Source of the DNA: Eledone cirrhosa
Taxonomy: Eukaryota
DNA: 64,000 bases
Direction of reading: 5' to 3'
NCBI GenBank assembly: GCA_964016885.1
Contig: OZ024740.1
Coordinates: 83,328,001 to 83,392,000, forward strand
The notes under the pieces are model-generated. The model was not told the DNA's origin and ran no database searches. It was given only the letters and a program-made list of their open reading frames with translations. The position numbers and the translations under genes were made by a program. Below, in pieces: positions 51,815 to 64,000 of this stretch; within the stretch, counting starts at the first letter, position 1, and each line of letters begins with the position of its first letter.

Positions 51815-53799
51815 TGGGAGTGAAATATGTTAGGGACAGATTTAATAAATATATTGTAGCTCTTATCAAGTATACATCGTTTATAATATAAGCACTTTTG
51901 TTACTGACGATAAATTTCATTGTCCAAAACTTTCATGTAAATTAGTAGTCTTTTTGATGTTATAAGATATATTACTCAAATTTTGATAGTGCATTTTTTA
52001 TTGTATATTTGATATCAGTTTCCTGGATATATAGTAATTTGGTGTAGTACAAGGAAACATTGTCCTTGTAATTACATATATGTAAACGAAAAATGCTGTT
52101 AACATACATAATGTACTGTTCAATATAAATATGTCAAACATTCTTATGATATGATGCATTTGCCCCTCACTGTATTTAGTATTTACTTTTAAATGTACAA
52201 GCGCTGATGTTTGTTAACCATGTGTAGTTACAAAATAATTACAAAATAATTACGAAATAATTACAAAAATAAACTGAGGACCTTGAATGTTATTCCGGTA
52301 GAATGGATGCTAATTATCAATTTGTTTACTTCAAGATCACTCCCTGCATGGGGCAAGACGTACACATACATATGCGCATATATATATATATATATATATA
52401 TATGGAGGGGGGGATATGTGTCTGTGTGTGCATGTTTCTGTGTGTGTATGTGTGTGGGTGTATGTGTGTGAGCATGTTTGTGTATGTAGGTGTATGTGAC
52501 TGTATGTGTGTGTGTGTGCGTGTGCTTATGTTTTGTTTCCTTAATTCAGTGGCTGCCATTGCACATTGGCCATATGTTTCGGCCTCTTCTATTACGCACT
52601 TACAGTTATTCTGCTATTAATAGATAATATTCTCCTAGAAGTCATATGCTTGTCACTCATGGACTCTATTTCATTTTTCTTGGCTGCAGGCCTAATTGAC
52701 ATATCTTGGTATGCCGACCAATGTTGTGTATTCTATTCTTGGAATCTGAAGTGACACTACTACTGTCTGAGAAGGCAATTACATCTACATATATTTTGGA
52801 TAGAACTTTGACCTTTGCTAGATTTATAAATGTACGCCATTCTCCACTTAAAAACACTGAACTGCATCTCGATACTTGGAAAGCGATGTTTGAATGAATA
52901 TCTAGCATTTATTTTCACTATATCATGTGTAATGTCTTCAGTATGTTACACAAATATATTATATTTTGATAGAGACAATCAAATCAAAATATCGTTGTTT
53001 ACATATATAAGTATGCAGACGTGTTGCCTCTACTGCATACTGTTTGGTGAGATGATCCTAGAGAATATTCTTTCGAATATTTGTTGCTTTGTTGTTGAAT
53101 GATTATGCAACACATCAAAAATAGTCTCTATTGCAATTTGTCTTCCTAATTGTGCATTGAATTATGTAAGATTAGATGCATAAACACATGTGAAATGCTT
53201 TTGTTATCAGATGAACTTTTTAAATGTTTGAAATACGACTAAAAATCTACAATAATAACACATAAAACATATGTCACTGATCAGAATTCTGTCTAGTCTT
53301 ACGACCTGCTAGAAAGATCAGACAAAACACTTTTAGATGAATATCCAAAATATTAGACAGGATGTCTCAAAACACTGAGAAGAACGTGACTGAAAGACCA
53401 TAATTTGAATTTATGCTGAATGAGAAAGGTCATATCTTTAGAATTAATCAATAAACCCAATACGAAATTAGCAATGAAAATTACATTTGTGTGTTTGATG
53501 TTCACCTCTTAAGCAATCAAATAGAATATGTGTAAATGTATAAATATGTATGTTGAGTGACACGGTTAGCATGCAAATGGTACAAAGTAGACTAGTGACG
53601 GCAAAAAGCACAATTATGAATTTTGTTGAATAATCTGATCAGCAGAGCATAAACATATAATTCCGCTATTGTATTTTTTTGTTAGATTTATTTCTTGAAC
53701 TGCAGTCATGTTGAATTAACACAGCACACCGGTATGCAGAGGTGTATGAGCACACGTATATGCACTCTACGTACACATAGACATTCATTTACACACAAT

Positions 53800-53870
<71 letters not shown>

Positions 53871-54590
53871 GTATGTTGTTTTCTTTTTTTTTTCAGAATA
53901 AAGCAGAAATGTTTTGCTTAAATGTTAATCTGTAGTAATAATAAATATTTGCTCCTCGGGTTCATATATATATATATGAGAAAATGTTTAACTTCGACGG
54001 CAGAGTTTAAGCCGTCGAAACGGCTATTTCTGGACTCAGAAATAGCCGTCGAAACGGCTTGAGCTCTGCCGTCATGGTTAAACATTTTCCTATTACCCAC
54101 TCTACTACCCTAAGTATTGAGTACTCTAGTGCGTTATGGTCTATCTGGTTCCTTACCACACCTCATTCGTTATATATATATATATATAATTACCGATTCC
54201 TCTTACAATTGTGGGCTACATAATTATTATTACTATCTCTCTGTCTATCTTTTCTTTATATATTCTCAAACGGCTCGACCATATCAAATCAAACTTTACA
54301 AAATAATAGTATGAGACCCGAAATTAAAAACATGTAATTATTATTTTCATTTGGATTAAAACCATAAAACATTTTATCCAAAATACAGCGAACAAGTATA
54401 TGAGTGTGAGTGTATGTGAGAGCGTATGTGTGTGTGAGTATGCATACATTTTTGTGACGAATGACATAACGAAACGCTGGGGGTTAAAATCTGTGTATGT
54501 TTGTATGAATTAACGTCTGGATTTATTTTTTGTAAGTGTATGTGTTTGAGACACGCGTACACACACACACAAACACACTTACACACACAG

Positions 54591-54621
<31 letters not shown>

Positions 54622-54858
54622 AATCTAAAATGTCGAAGAAGATTTACTAAGTATATATAGGGTGTGATATAGAGTTGGTGATGTTGAGGGTATAGAGAAT
54701 GTAGAATGGAACAATAACTCGAAAGCAGAAAGGAATTTCCGGTTGATATGATGTTGTTAGCATGTATATTATACTGGTACACGCACGCACACATGCACAC
54801 ACACAAATATACACACACACACCACTCACACACAAAAATTAATGTCGATTTAAAAGTA

Positions 54859-54889
<31 letters not shown>

Positions 54890-55310
54890 ATAAACAAATA
54901 GTAGAAAGGAAAAAGATTTTTTTCAGTAGAAAGTGTTGAAGAGATTTTTTCAGTGAAGCAAGTATAAATACCTGGAGATAGAAATTGGAAAAATGTGGAA
55001 GTTAAGAACTAAAATAATACCAGTGGTTGTAGGCGCTCTAGGAATGATACCTACGGGAACAATGATTACTCATCGGAAATCCCAGGAAACACGTGTATAG
55101 GAGAACTGCAAAACGTAGTACTAATGGGAACTGCCCATATACTAAGGAAGTCTCTGTCAATATAATTACATCACGAGTCTCAACACGTAAAGATGCATGT
55201 GTGTGTATGTATGTTCTTTCTTTAACATAGCGGACATGTTGTCTCTTGAGGTGACTGGTTGTGACTTGGTGATAACTGGTATGAACATAAAGCAAAATAA
55301 ATGCAACTGT

Positions 55311-55493
55311 AATAATTGTTTCTACTTTTTGGCACAAGGCCATCACTAACCAGCGCATTACTGGTACTTTATTTTATCGACCCTGAAAGGATGAAAGGCA
55401 AAGTTAACCACGGCGTTATTTGAACTCAGAATGGCAAGAGCCGTATCTATATCCGTCAAAGCATGGCGTCCGACCCTCTACCGATACTGCCAA
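55311..55493 (-). mobile_element. tRNA-derived SINE (duplicate of 36910-37092)
   Basis: Family consensus. Confidence 0.85.
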
Positions 55494-55520
55494 ATAATAA
55501 TAATAATAATAATAAAAATT

Positions 55521-58500
55521 ATGCTTTCTTTATTAACCACAAGGGTTTACATAAAGTAGACATTAAGGACAGTACAGGACAATAGAGGACGGTACAAATT
55601 GGCATTTCTGCGAGTAAAAAACAAAAACAGAGGATGTAACAAAAAAAAACAATGAAAAATTCCCCAATACGGGGGAGATTTCCGAGGGACATTCGTTGAG
55701 AAAGCTCATTAAAAAGCCACAGTGACCCTGACCACAAGGGCAAATGCCCTCTCCCTGTTTTCCACCTTTAATTTACAGACACATACTCAGAGTAGGCTCA
55801 TTCACTAGGGCCATTCTTGCCTCTCTCACCCATCTTTCAACAAAATGCTGGGAAGAGAGCACTTCCCTCTCTACACTGATTTTCCTTTTCAAATGAAATT
55901 TGAAAAAGTTAATCACGGCATCACCGAAGAGGTATATGCTTGTCTTCAGCCCTTTCAAACGTTTCCACCATACTATCTCTTTCGCCATGGCCATCAGACA
56001 GATAAAAGCTGCCTGCCCTTCCCGGCTAAAAGAAGAGGGCGGGGCAATCCTCACGATGGACTCAGTTGATGGCTGGATCCGTCCTAGACGCGACAGCAGG
56101 TGTTCGACATAAACCCACAAGACAGCAAAGCTCGGAAACTGGACGTGTGCGTAGAGTTTATCCCGAACTGGCAAAGCTCCTCATTAGCACTGCCAGGGAT
56201 TTCTGGAAGTTGTCCATAGGCCACGGCCCGAAAGTTCTTCCGAAGAGATTTACTAGTTGATTTTCGTCGATGCCTAGAGTTTCCCTAAGTACGTCCTCGC
56301 TCTTTCCCTCCACTAATCCTCTATAGAACGCCAAGGTGGAGTTTCCACCGAACACATTTCCGGATTGGTAGAGGGCTGTGAGCGCCTGAAGACATTCCAG
56401 TCTCCAAGCGCTCCCTCTCTGTATTCGAATGCCCCAGGACTATAGCTCCGTCAAGGAGACGAGCTGGGGAAAGACGCGTCTAGCAAACGGCGACCACACC
56501 TGATCACCGTCGAGAAAGAGGTGGAGATGTTGTAGCCTGAGCGCGTGTCTGCGCATCATCAGCCACGGCATGCTCAGCCCTCCACGTAGCGGGTGTTGAC
56601 AGAAGATGGACCTCCTGATCATACGAGCGCATCCCTTCCACAAAAAGCGAAAGAGCAAACGCTCCAGCGTAGTCCGGTGAAGCTTAGGTCAAGGCACGAT
56701 CGATAGGCGGTAGTAGATGACGGATGCGATGTACGCGTTAGCCACCTCCGCTCAACCTTTCTGGGGTCGCGTCCACTCCGACCATTTCTAGCTGAGAGAA
56801 GCCACACTGCTCGTCTCCTCGTCCCAGTTTTTGTCCGTCTGGAGGTCCGGACAGAACCATACCCCTAGCAATTTAACTGGTCCGCCGTCCAGCGCCCGAC
56901 GACGCTGTTGGACGGCATGGACCTGCCTCTCCAGGTGCCGAGCTGCAGACCCACTGACTTTTCCTGGTTGATCATTGCTCCTGTCCCCACTTCGTATTCT
57001 CTTAGTGTAGTGCCGATCGCCTCGATGTGTTTGGCGTTCGACACCACAACGGTGATATCGTCCGCATACGCTGACACGGATCTTCCGCATCCTAGTTCAC
57101 TCGGGACACCCTCAACGTCTCCAGTTTGTGCAGTAATGTCTCGAGAGTCTATACGTACAAGAGGGGCCAGGGGGGACATCATTGGCGGACCAAGCGCATG
57201 ATGTTGCCGCTTCCGAAAGGTGGCCGTTCACTCTCACCACAGAGCAGATGTCGCTGAGCATGGCAACGATCCAGCCTCTGAACGTGCCCAAAGCAAGCTG
57301 CCCTCAGAACTGCCGCTAGGTAACGATGGTCGATCCTATCGAAAGCTTTCGACTGATCTAAATTGATCAAGGACCGACCCGTGCCAGGTTCCCTAGATAC
57401 CCTCTCCACGATGTATCGCATGAGGTGGAGGTTGTTGTGGATGGATCTGTCGGGAATGGCGCATGTCTGCGCTTCTCCCTCCAGCCCACCAACGACAGCG
57501 GCAGCCTCTTTGCTAGAACCTTGGCCAATATGTTGAACTCTTGTTTAGCTGAGTTATGGGCCTGAAATTATCTAGTTATGGGCCTGAAATTATCCCCCTT
57601 GATCGGATCCTTTCTCAGCAGCGCCACCGCTCCTCGGCTCACAGAGCTGGGATTTTTCTCCCGTTCTGTTGCCAGTTGCAATAGACGTCCGCCAAGAGGC
57701 CTCCAAACAAGTCTGGCATCTGTACGTAAAGTTCATAGGGCAGACCATCCAAACCAGGCGATTTACCCCTTGTGCACCCAGTCATTGCCTCCCGTACTTC
57801 AGCGGCTGTTATCGGCTTTTCGCAACACTCCGCCTCAGTGGCCGAGAACCGCGGCAGTCCGTCGAAGTAGACACTAGAGTCCACCATTCGTGCCGGCCCG
57901 CCGCTGCCCCCGAACAGCTGAGCGAAGTGATGCTGAAAGCTTCACAACTTTGCCCGGGATCGAATAGCATGCGCCCTTCGTGGTCCACCAAAGACCGGAT
58001 CGTGGCTTTGTTGCCATGACGCGCCTCCGCCACTCGGGCCCATTGAACGGCTTTCGTCCCCTCGTGTCTGAGAGCAAGCACCCTAGCTCTGACACCCCAT
58101 CCTTCGTGCTTTGCATTGAAGAATTGGTCAAGGCCCAATTTCTCCGCAAGTACGTCGGTTTTGATGCCTTTGCTAAGCGCCTCGTCTAATTTTCTAACTA
58201 GTTCTCCCTCTGCTCTATTTTTCTGCGTAGCTAAAGCCTTACTAAACCTAATGGATTCTATTCTAATTGCTCTTTTCAGAGCAAAACACCACTTGTTGTT
58301 AACGATGGCCCCCTTCAAAGCCCGCTTAACTAGTTCGCTAATCCGCTCTCTGTAGGCCTTGCGCGCTGGTAAGGACGTGTTTAGCTACCAGTAGCCAGGT
58401 CCTCGTCAATGAAGCCTATCTAAGTCAAGCACACAGATTACGAATTTGTGGTCCGTGCAGCTGACTATCTTGAATTGTGGACAGCCTTTGCTAGACCTAT

Positions 58501-61215
58501 CTGTTTACCTACAAAATACTCTATCTACTTATGATCTGGATGTCTCGATCCGGTTTGTCCAAGTCCACGTTGGCACATTCGGGAAATCCAGTCGATACCT
58601 GTCAGACATGTAAAAACGCCTGAGCAGGTTGTTGAGGCTCTTGCACACTCCTTCCCTATCCGCTAATCCCACACAGTCCCAGCGTGCATCTAAGATCCCG
58701 TTCCAGTCGCCCACTAACACTTAAAAGTGGGACGTTCCAAGAAAGGTCTCCAGACGCCGGAAGAAATTAGGCCGCCCTGCTCCTGTCGGGGCATAGACGA
58801 CCACTAGCTCGAAAGCTTTCCCGTCTCCGCTGGTCACGTCCAGCACCACCAACGTACCTTCTGGGTGCAGGAAGATGGTCCGTATGGCGAGATGCAAACC
58901 TCTCCGAAAAAGCACACCAACACATCCCCCGATCCAGGACGGCTGGGAGATGCGTACACATCGTAGCCACCGAAGATCGGTGCGAAGTCCCGTGCTTCGT
59001 AGATTCTGGTCTCGCTGATGGCCACTACATCTATGTTTAGTGACCTGAGGTCGTTGAGCAGGTGGCCCTACTTCATGAAAGACTCCAAGCCACGCGCATT
59101 TATGCTGCCTATTCTGAGTGAGGTCATGTTGAAATGGAGTGGAAAAGATGGGAAAGACCACTTACCTACTTCCTGTCGAGGAAGGATGGTTTCTCCATCC
59201 TTTTCACTGCTTGTGGCCTCCTTCGGAAAGATGTCCTTATAAAACCTCCTGGAGAGTGCTTGTCGGAAGTCTCCGATGTCTTTGGGGAATTTTTGTTTTA
59301 GTGTCGTGTACGTTTTCTGTGTGATGCGAGTGATTTGTATGTGTGAAGGTGGTGTGAACTTTTGGGGTGTTGTGTGGTGTAATATTTGGTTGTTGTTCAA
59401 ATTTAATGCTGTGTAGTCTGTATTGATTTGGTTGTTTTGTTTGGTTTGCGTTTGTTGTGGGTTTGTTTCTATTTCGCTTTTGGGTGACTTTTGTGGTGTT
59501 GGTGTTTGTGGTGATGGGGTTTGTGATGCTGGTGTGGCTGGTGGCATGGCTGTCTCTAAATTTTTTGTTTGATAGTTTATTTATTTCCCTCGGTATTTTG
59601 TTTTTGGATGGGGAAGGAAGAGGATTCTTTCTTTTTAGGCTTATTTTTCTTTTTTCCTGATACCGTTTCCCACTCCTGGTCGTCACAATCTGTCTACAGC
59701 TGCGATAGGTCGGGGAGTGGAAGATCCTCCACAGGCGTTGGTTTGGGTGTGGCGTGGTGGATGGTGTAGGCGCTGGTGCTTGTTCTGGCGCGTTGGGTGG
59801 TGGTGGGGTTGGTTTTGCTACTGTTGCTGGGGTTGTTGCTGCTACACTTGCTTCTGTTGTTGCTGCCATTTCTGCTGCCGGGGTGTTGATGGTTGAGTCA
59901 CTGGGGTGGGTAAGAGAGGTGGCCTCAACTTTTTAGCCTGACGGCAGAAAGCCCTTGGGTGGGTTCCTTCACCACAAACGACACACCTAGGCCTTCTACC
60001 TTCGACAATTACGGTGAGATGGCGGCCGGCAGTGAGTTCAATTACCTCTGGGATCACCTCAATGCTTTTTTGGTCCGCTTGGATCAGGAGCTACATCCCA
60101 GATCCAGACCAGTTCTCCTGCTTTTCTTTCGCTATTTCGATTATTTTGGTGTTGGCCTCGATGCCGGCGAGGACGGCAGCCATTAGCCAGGACATTTTGA
60201 TGGCCGGTGGACCGTGGGTCACCCTGATCTTTACGAGTCTCTGGCCACAATAGCTTGGGACGAGTGTGAAGTCGCCGCTTCTTAATGGGTACATGGAGTG
60301 CTCTCTGGCCTCCTTTGGTGTTCCAAAGAACACGTCTACGGTTCCATACTTCTGCCCACGTCTGATGTGGGGTTTTGTTGCCCACACATGTACCAAAGCT
60401 TTTTGGATTTGGGACTCAGATGCCCGTTCCACTCGGCGCGATTTTATGTTAATCGTCCGATAAGACACGGTGCATAGGCGCAGACGCTCCATTTTATTAG
60501 GTGGGGGGAGTGAAGCTGACCCTGTATCCATCTTTCTTTACCATTCTCTTGGCTTCATCTAATTCCTCCTGAGTTACCTGGATTTTTTCGCATTTTTTGG
60601 CTGCTTTGGCAAACGCCACGGTGTTGTTATTCTCAAAGTTGTTGTTGCTGTTGTTGTTATTGTTATTTTTGTTATTGTTATTTTTAGTTTCAGTTGTGTT
60701 GGTGGTGGCGTCAGTGGTGTTCGGTGTGGAAGAGTCGATTTTGGGTGAATCCATTTCGATGTCACGAGATATTATTTTTTTTTTGTTTCTGTTGTCGCTG
60801 TGGTTGTGGTGGCGGTGGCGGCTTCAACACCTGCAGTCTTTGGTAATGGCGGAAAATGAATGTCTGCAGAAGACAATTTGAAATTATTGATACTGCTTAT
60901 ATTTTTAGTGATGGCAAACGTAGTAATATTTACAATGGTGGTGTTGATGTGAGGTGTTACTTTGAGAGGAAGGCATCAACCTGGTGAAGTGTGAGTCGTC
61001 CATGTTTTTTCAAACTAATTTTTGTTTGATAATTATAAAAGTTTAAATTTTGGGCTCAAGGCCCCAATCTTTTTGAGTGACTTTTTCCGAAAGCAAATTA
61101 TGTGATCTTATAAACACTTAACAACAATAATTTTCCATAAATGGCAATTTGAAACAACTTAAAACAACAAACCTTTGCGGAGGTCACGATGATACGATTT
61201 CCTACGGAGGTCGCC
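55521..61215 (-). mobile_element. near full-length, frameshifted Tx1-clade LINE (ORF1, APE endonuclease, RT)
   Basis: ORF1 pieces with a zinc knuckle (CVVCGEGTHPRAFC). Endonuclease motifs IGSINARGL, AISET, VVVYAP and LVGDWN, then RT motifs. (AAT)n on both flanks. Confidence 0.9.
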
Positions 61216-61265
61216 AATAATAATAATAATAATAATAATAAGAAGAAGAAGAAGAAGAAGAAGAA

Positions 61266-63070
61266 AGGCATTTGACATGGTGCCTCATTCCTGGATCACC
61301 AAAAGCCTGGAGGTCTTCAGGGTGGCAGATAACATCAGACAGTTGCTGGGCAGGAGTATGGGGTCCTGGGAGACAGAGTTGACATCAACTGGAGTATCCT
61401 TGGGAAGCGTGAAGATCAAGAGAGGTATCTTCCAGGGAGATAGCCTGTCCCCTCTGTTGTTTGTCCTTGCCATGATGCCCTTGACCATTATGCTGCGAAA
61501 AGTGAGAGCAGGATACAAGTTGGGAAGGGGAGAGCTTACCATCAATCACCTCCTCTTCATGGACGATCTTAAGCTCTTCGGGAAAAGTGAGAAGGAGTTG
61601 GATGTGCTTGTTGACACTGTCCGTATTTTCAGCAGTGATATATGTATGCAGTTTGGTATTGGTAAATGTGGAGTCATTGTGATGAAGAGGGGTAGGTTGA
61701 GCAGAAGTAACGGTATCCAGATACCAACAGGTGAGATGATAAAGGAAATTGACTCTGAGGAAGGATACAAGTATTTGGGCGTTCTGGAGGCTGATGGCAT
61801 AAAGAACAAAAAAATGAAGGAATTGTTAAGAACTGAATACATTCGAAGAGTAAGGAGCGTATTGAAGTCACATCTGAACAGCAGAAATGCCATAAGCGCA
61901 GTAAATTCCCGAGCTGTGTCTATTATTAGGTACAGTGCGGGAATTCTGAGATGGAATGTTGCTGAACAAAAAGAAATGGATAGGAAGACTAGGAAGCTAT
62001 TGACTATCTACAACATGTTCCACAAGAGGAGTGATGTCGATAGACTCTACCTAAGGAGATCTAAGGGTGGAAGAGGTCTTATCAGCATAGAGGACTGTGT
62101 TCAGATGGAGAAAAACAACCTATACAAATACGTGACCTATAGTAAGGAGCCAATGCTCAGAACTGTACTGAAGGAGGGGACAGTAGGCCAGGGGATGTCC
62201 AAGGAGGAAATAACATCAAGGAGGAAGAGCAGCCTTAAGGGAAAATCCCTTCATAGTACCTTCTTTGAGAAAACTGAATTTAGAGATCCACAGACATGGA
62301 ACTGGTTGAGAAGAGGAGACCTCAAAAAGGCTACAGAAGGAATGCTAATGGCTGCGCAGGAGCAGGCCCTCAAAACGAAGTGGTTGAAGCACCATATCTA
62401 CAAGGAGGAGGCTAGCCCACTGTGCAGGATCTGTGGAGAGAGAGAGGAGACTGTGGCTCACATTGTGTCCGAGTGTAAACACCTAGCCCAGACCCACTAT
62501 AAGGGCTGGAGACACGATGTGATGGGCAGGGTGATCCAATGGCACCTGTGCAAAGTAAACAATCTACCACATTCTGACAAATGGTATGAGCATAGGCCAG
62601 AGGCGGTGATGGAGAACAGTCAGGTGAAGGTGCTGTGGGATTTTAGGATACAGACGGACAAAAAACTGGAACACAATAGACCTGACCTGGTGGTTGTGGA
62701 CAAAGAAAAAAGATCGTGCCTGATTGTGGATGTGGCCTGCCCGTTCGACACGAGAGTGCAAGAGAAGGAGAGGGAGAAAATTAACCGATACCAGGACCTA
62801 AAGTGGGAGGTGAAAAGGATCTGGAACTGCCATGAAGTCAAAGTGATCCCGATTGTCATAGGCGCACTGGGGACTATCTCCAAAGGTTTCCAGGGATGGT
62901 TAAAGAAAATCGGCCCCTTCACGCTTTTTGGAACGCTTCAAAAGGCATGCTTGCTTGGAACAGCAAGAACCCTCCGATACGTCCTGAATATCTGAGGCTG
63001 CAGGTAGTGGCTTGATATTCAATCCAACGGACTTTCCAGTTAACCAACATCAATGACTGAGATTCAAGGA
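61266..63070 (+). mobile_element. 5'-truncated R4/Dong-type RLE LINE
   Basis: Starts at KAFD directly after (AAT)n(AAG)n. A short 3' UTR is followed by (AAT)n. Confidence 0.9.
61277..62995 (+). CDS. uninterrupted 572-aa C-terminal part of an R4/Dong ORF (RT, CCHC zinc knuckle, restriction-like endonuclease)
   Basis: GIFQGDSLSPLLF, HLLFMDDLKL, YKYLG, CRICGEREETVAHIVSEC and RPDLVVVD..DVACP..EKINRY. The N-terminus is missing. Confidence 0.85.
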   Translation: MVPHSWITKSLEVFRVADNIRQLLGRSMGSWETELTSTGVSLGSVKIKRGIFQGDSLSPLLFVLAMMPLTIMLRKVRAGYKLGRGELTINHLLFMDDLKLFGKSEKELDVLVDTVRIFSSDICMQFGIGKCGVIVMKRGRLSRSNGIQIPTGEMIKEIDSEEGYKYLGVLEADGIKNKKMKELLRTEYIRRVRSVLKSHLNSRNAISAVNSRAVSIIRYSAGILRWNVAEQKEMDRKTRKLLTIYNMFHKRSDVDRLYLRRSKGGRGLISIEDCVQMEKNNLYKYVTYSKEPMLRTVLKEGTVGQGMSKEEITSRRKSSLKGKSLHSTFFEKTEFRDPQTWNWLRRGDLKKATEGMLMAAQEQALKTKWLKHHIYKEEASPLCRICGEREETVAHIVSECKHLAQTHYKGWRHDVMGRVIQWHLCKVNNLPHSDKWYEHRPEAVMENSQVKVLWDFRIQTDKKLEHNRPDLVVVDKEKRSCLIVDVACPFDTRVQEKEREKINRYQDLKWEVKRIWNCHEVKVIPIVIGALGTISKGFQGWLKKIGPFTLFGTLQKACLLGTARTLRYVLNI

Positions 63071-63081
63071 ATAACAATAAC

Positions 63082-63112
<31 letters not shown>

Positions 63113-63113
<1 letters not shown>

Positions 63114-64000
63114 GTGAGATGATAAAGGAAATTGACTCTGAGGAAGGATACAAGTATTTGGGCGTTCTGGAGGCTGATGGCATAAAGAACAAAAAAATGA
63201 AGGAATTGTTAAGAACTGAATACATTCGGAGAGTAAGGAGCGTATTGAAGTCACATCTGAACAGCAGAAATGCCATAAGCGCAGTAAATTCCCGAGCTGT
63301 GTCTATTATTAGGTACAGTGCGGGAATTCTGAGATGGTATGTTGCTGAACAAAAAGAAATGGATAGGAAGACTAGGAAGCTATTGACTATCTACAACATG
63401 TTCCACAAGAGGAGTGATGTCGATAGACTCTACCTAAGGAGATCTGAGGGTGGAAGAGGTCTTATCAGCATAGAGGTCTGTGTTCAGATGGAGAAAAAAA
63501 ACCTATACAAATACGTGACCTATAGTAAGGAGCCAATGCTCAGAACTGTACTGAAGGAGGGGACAGTAGGCCAGGGGATGTCCAAGGAGGAAATAACATC
63601 AAGGAGGAAGAGCAGCCTTAAGGGAAAATCCCTTCATAGTACCTTCTTTGAGAAAACTGAATTTAGAGATCCACAGACATGGTACTGGTTGAGAAGAGGA
63701 GACCTCAAAAAGGCTACAGAAGGAATGCTAATGGCTGCGCAGGAGCAGGCCCTCAAAACGAAGTGGTTGAAGCACCATATCTACAAGGAGGAGGCTAGCC
63801 CACTGTGCAGGATCTGTGGAGAGAGAGAGGAGACTGTGGCTCACATTGTGTCCGAGTGTAAACACCTAGCCCAGACCCACTATAATGGCTGGAGACACGA
63901 TGTGATGGGCAGGGTGATCCACTGGCACCTGGGCAAAGTAAACAATTTACCACATTCTGAGAAATGGTATGAGCATAGGCCAGAGGCGGTGATGGAGAAC
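63113..64000 (+). mobile_element. second 5'-truncated R4/Dong copy, running off the window
   Basis: Near-identical to 61731 onward; begins right after the (AAT)n tail of the previous copy. Confidence 0.9.

Overview
AT-rich, microsatellite-dense animal DNA with no intact host gene. The SINE family and repeat landscape fit an octopod cephalopod (inference). Retroelements present: a tRNA-derived Meta-domain-like SINE (9 copies), a decayed near-full-length CR1/L2-group LINE, several Tx1-clade (L1) LINEs, R4/Dong-type RLE LINEs and decayed Naiad-type Penelope-like (PLE) RT fragments. There is also an intronless AUTS2/Fibrosin-like retrocopy fused to a LINE tail, and a large tandem duplication (28851-40225 vs 40221-58588) joined by 5-bp microhomology. 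The main signal the ORF track misses is about 18 minimal type I hammerhead ribozyme (HHR) motifs, a few degenerate, from at least six sequence families. They sit in non-coding 300-700 bp units arranged as partial tandem and/or inverted repeats, like PLE pseudo-LTRs or non-LTR retrozymes. One 315-bp family carries a compensatory U3-A8 catalytic core (UUGAUAA), while a diverged relative in the same window has the canonical C3-G8 core. All structures were folded by eye; no activity or database novelty has been verified.
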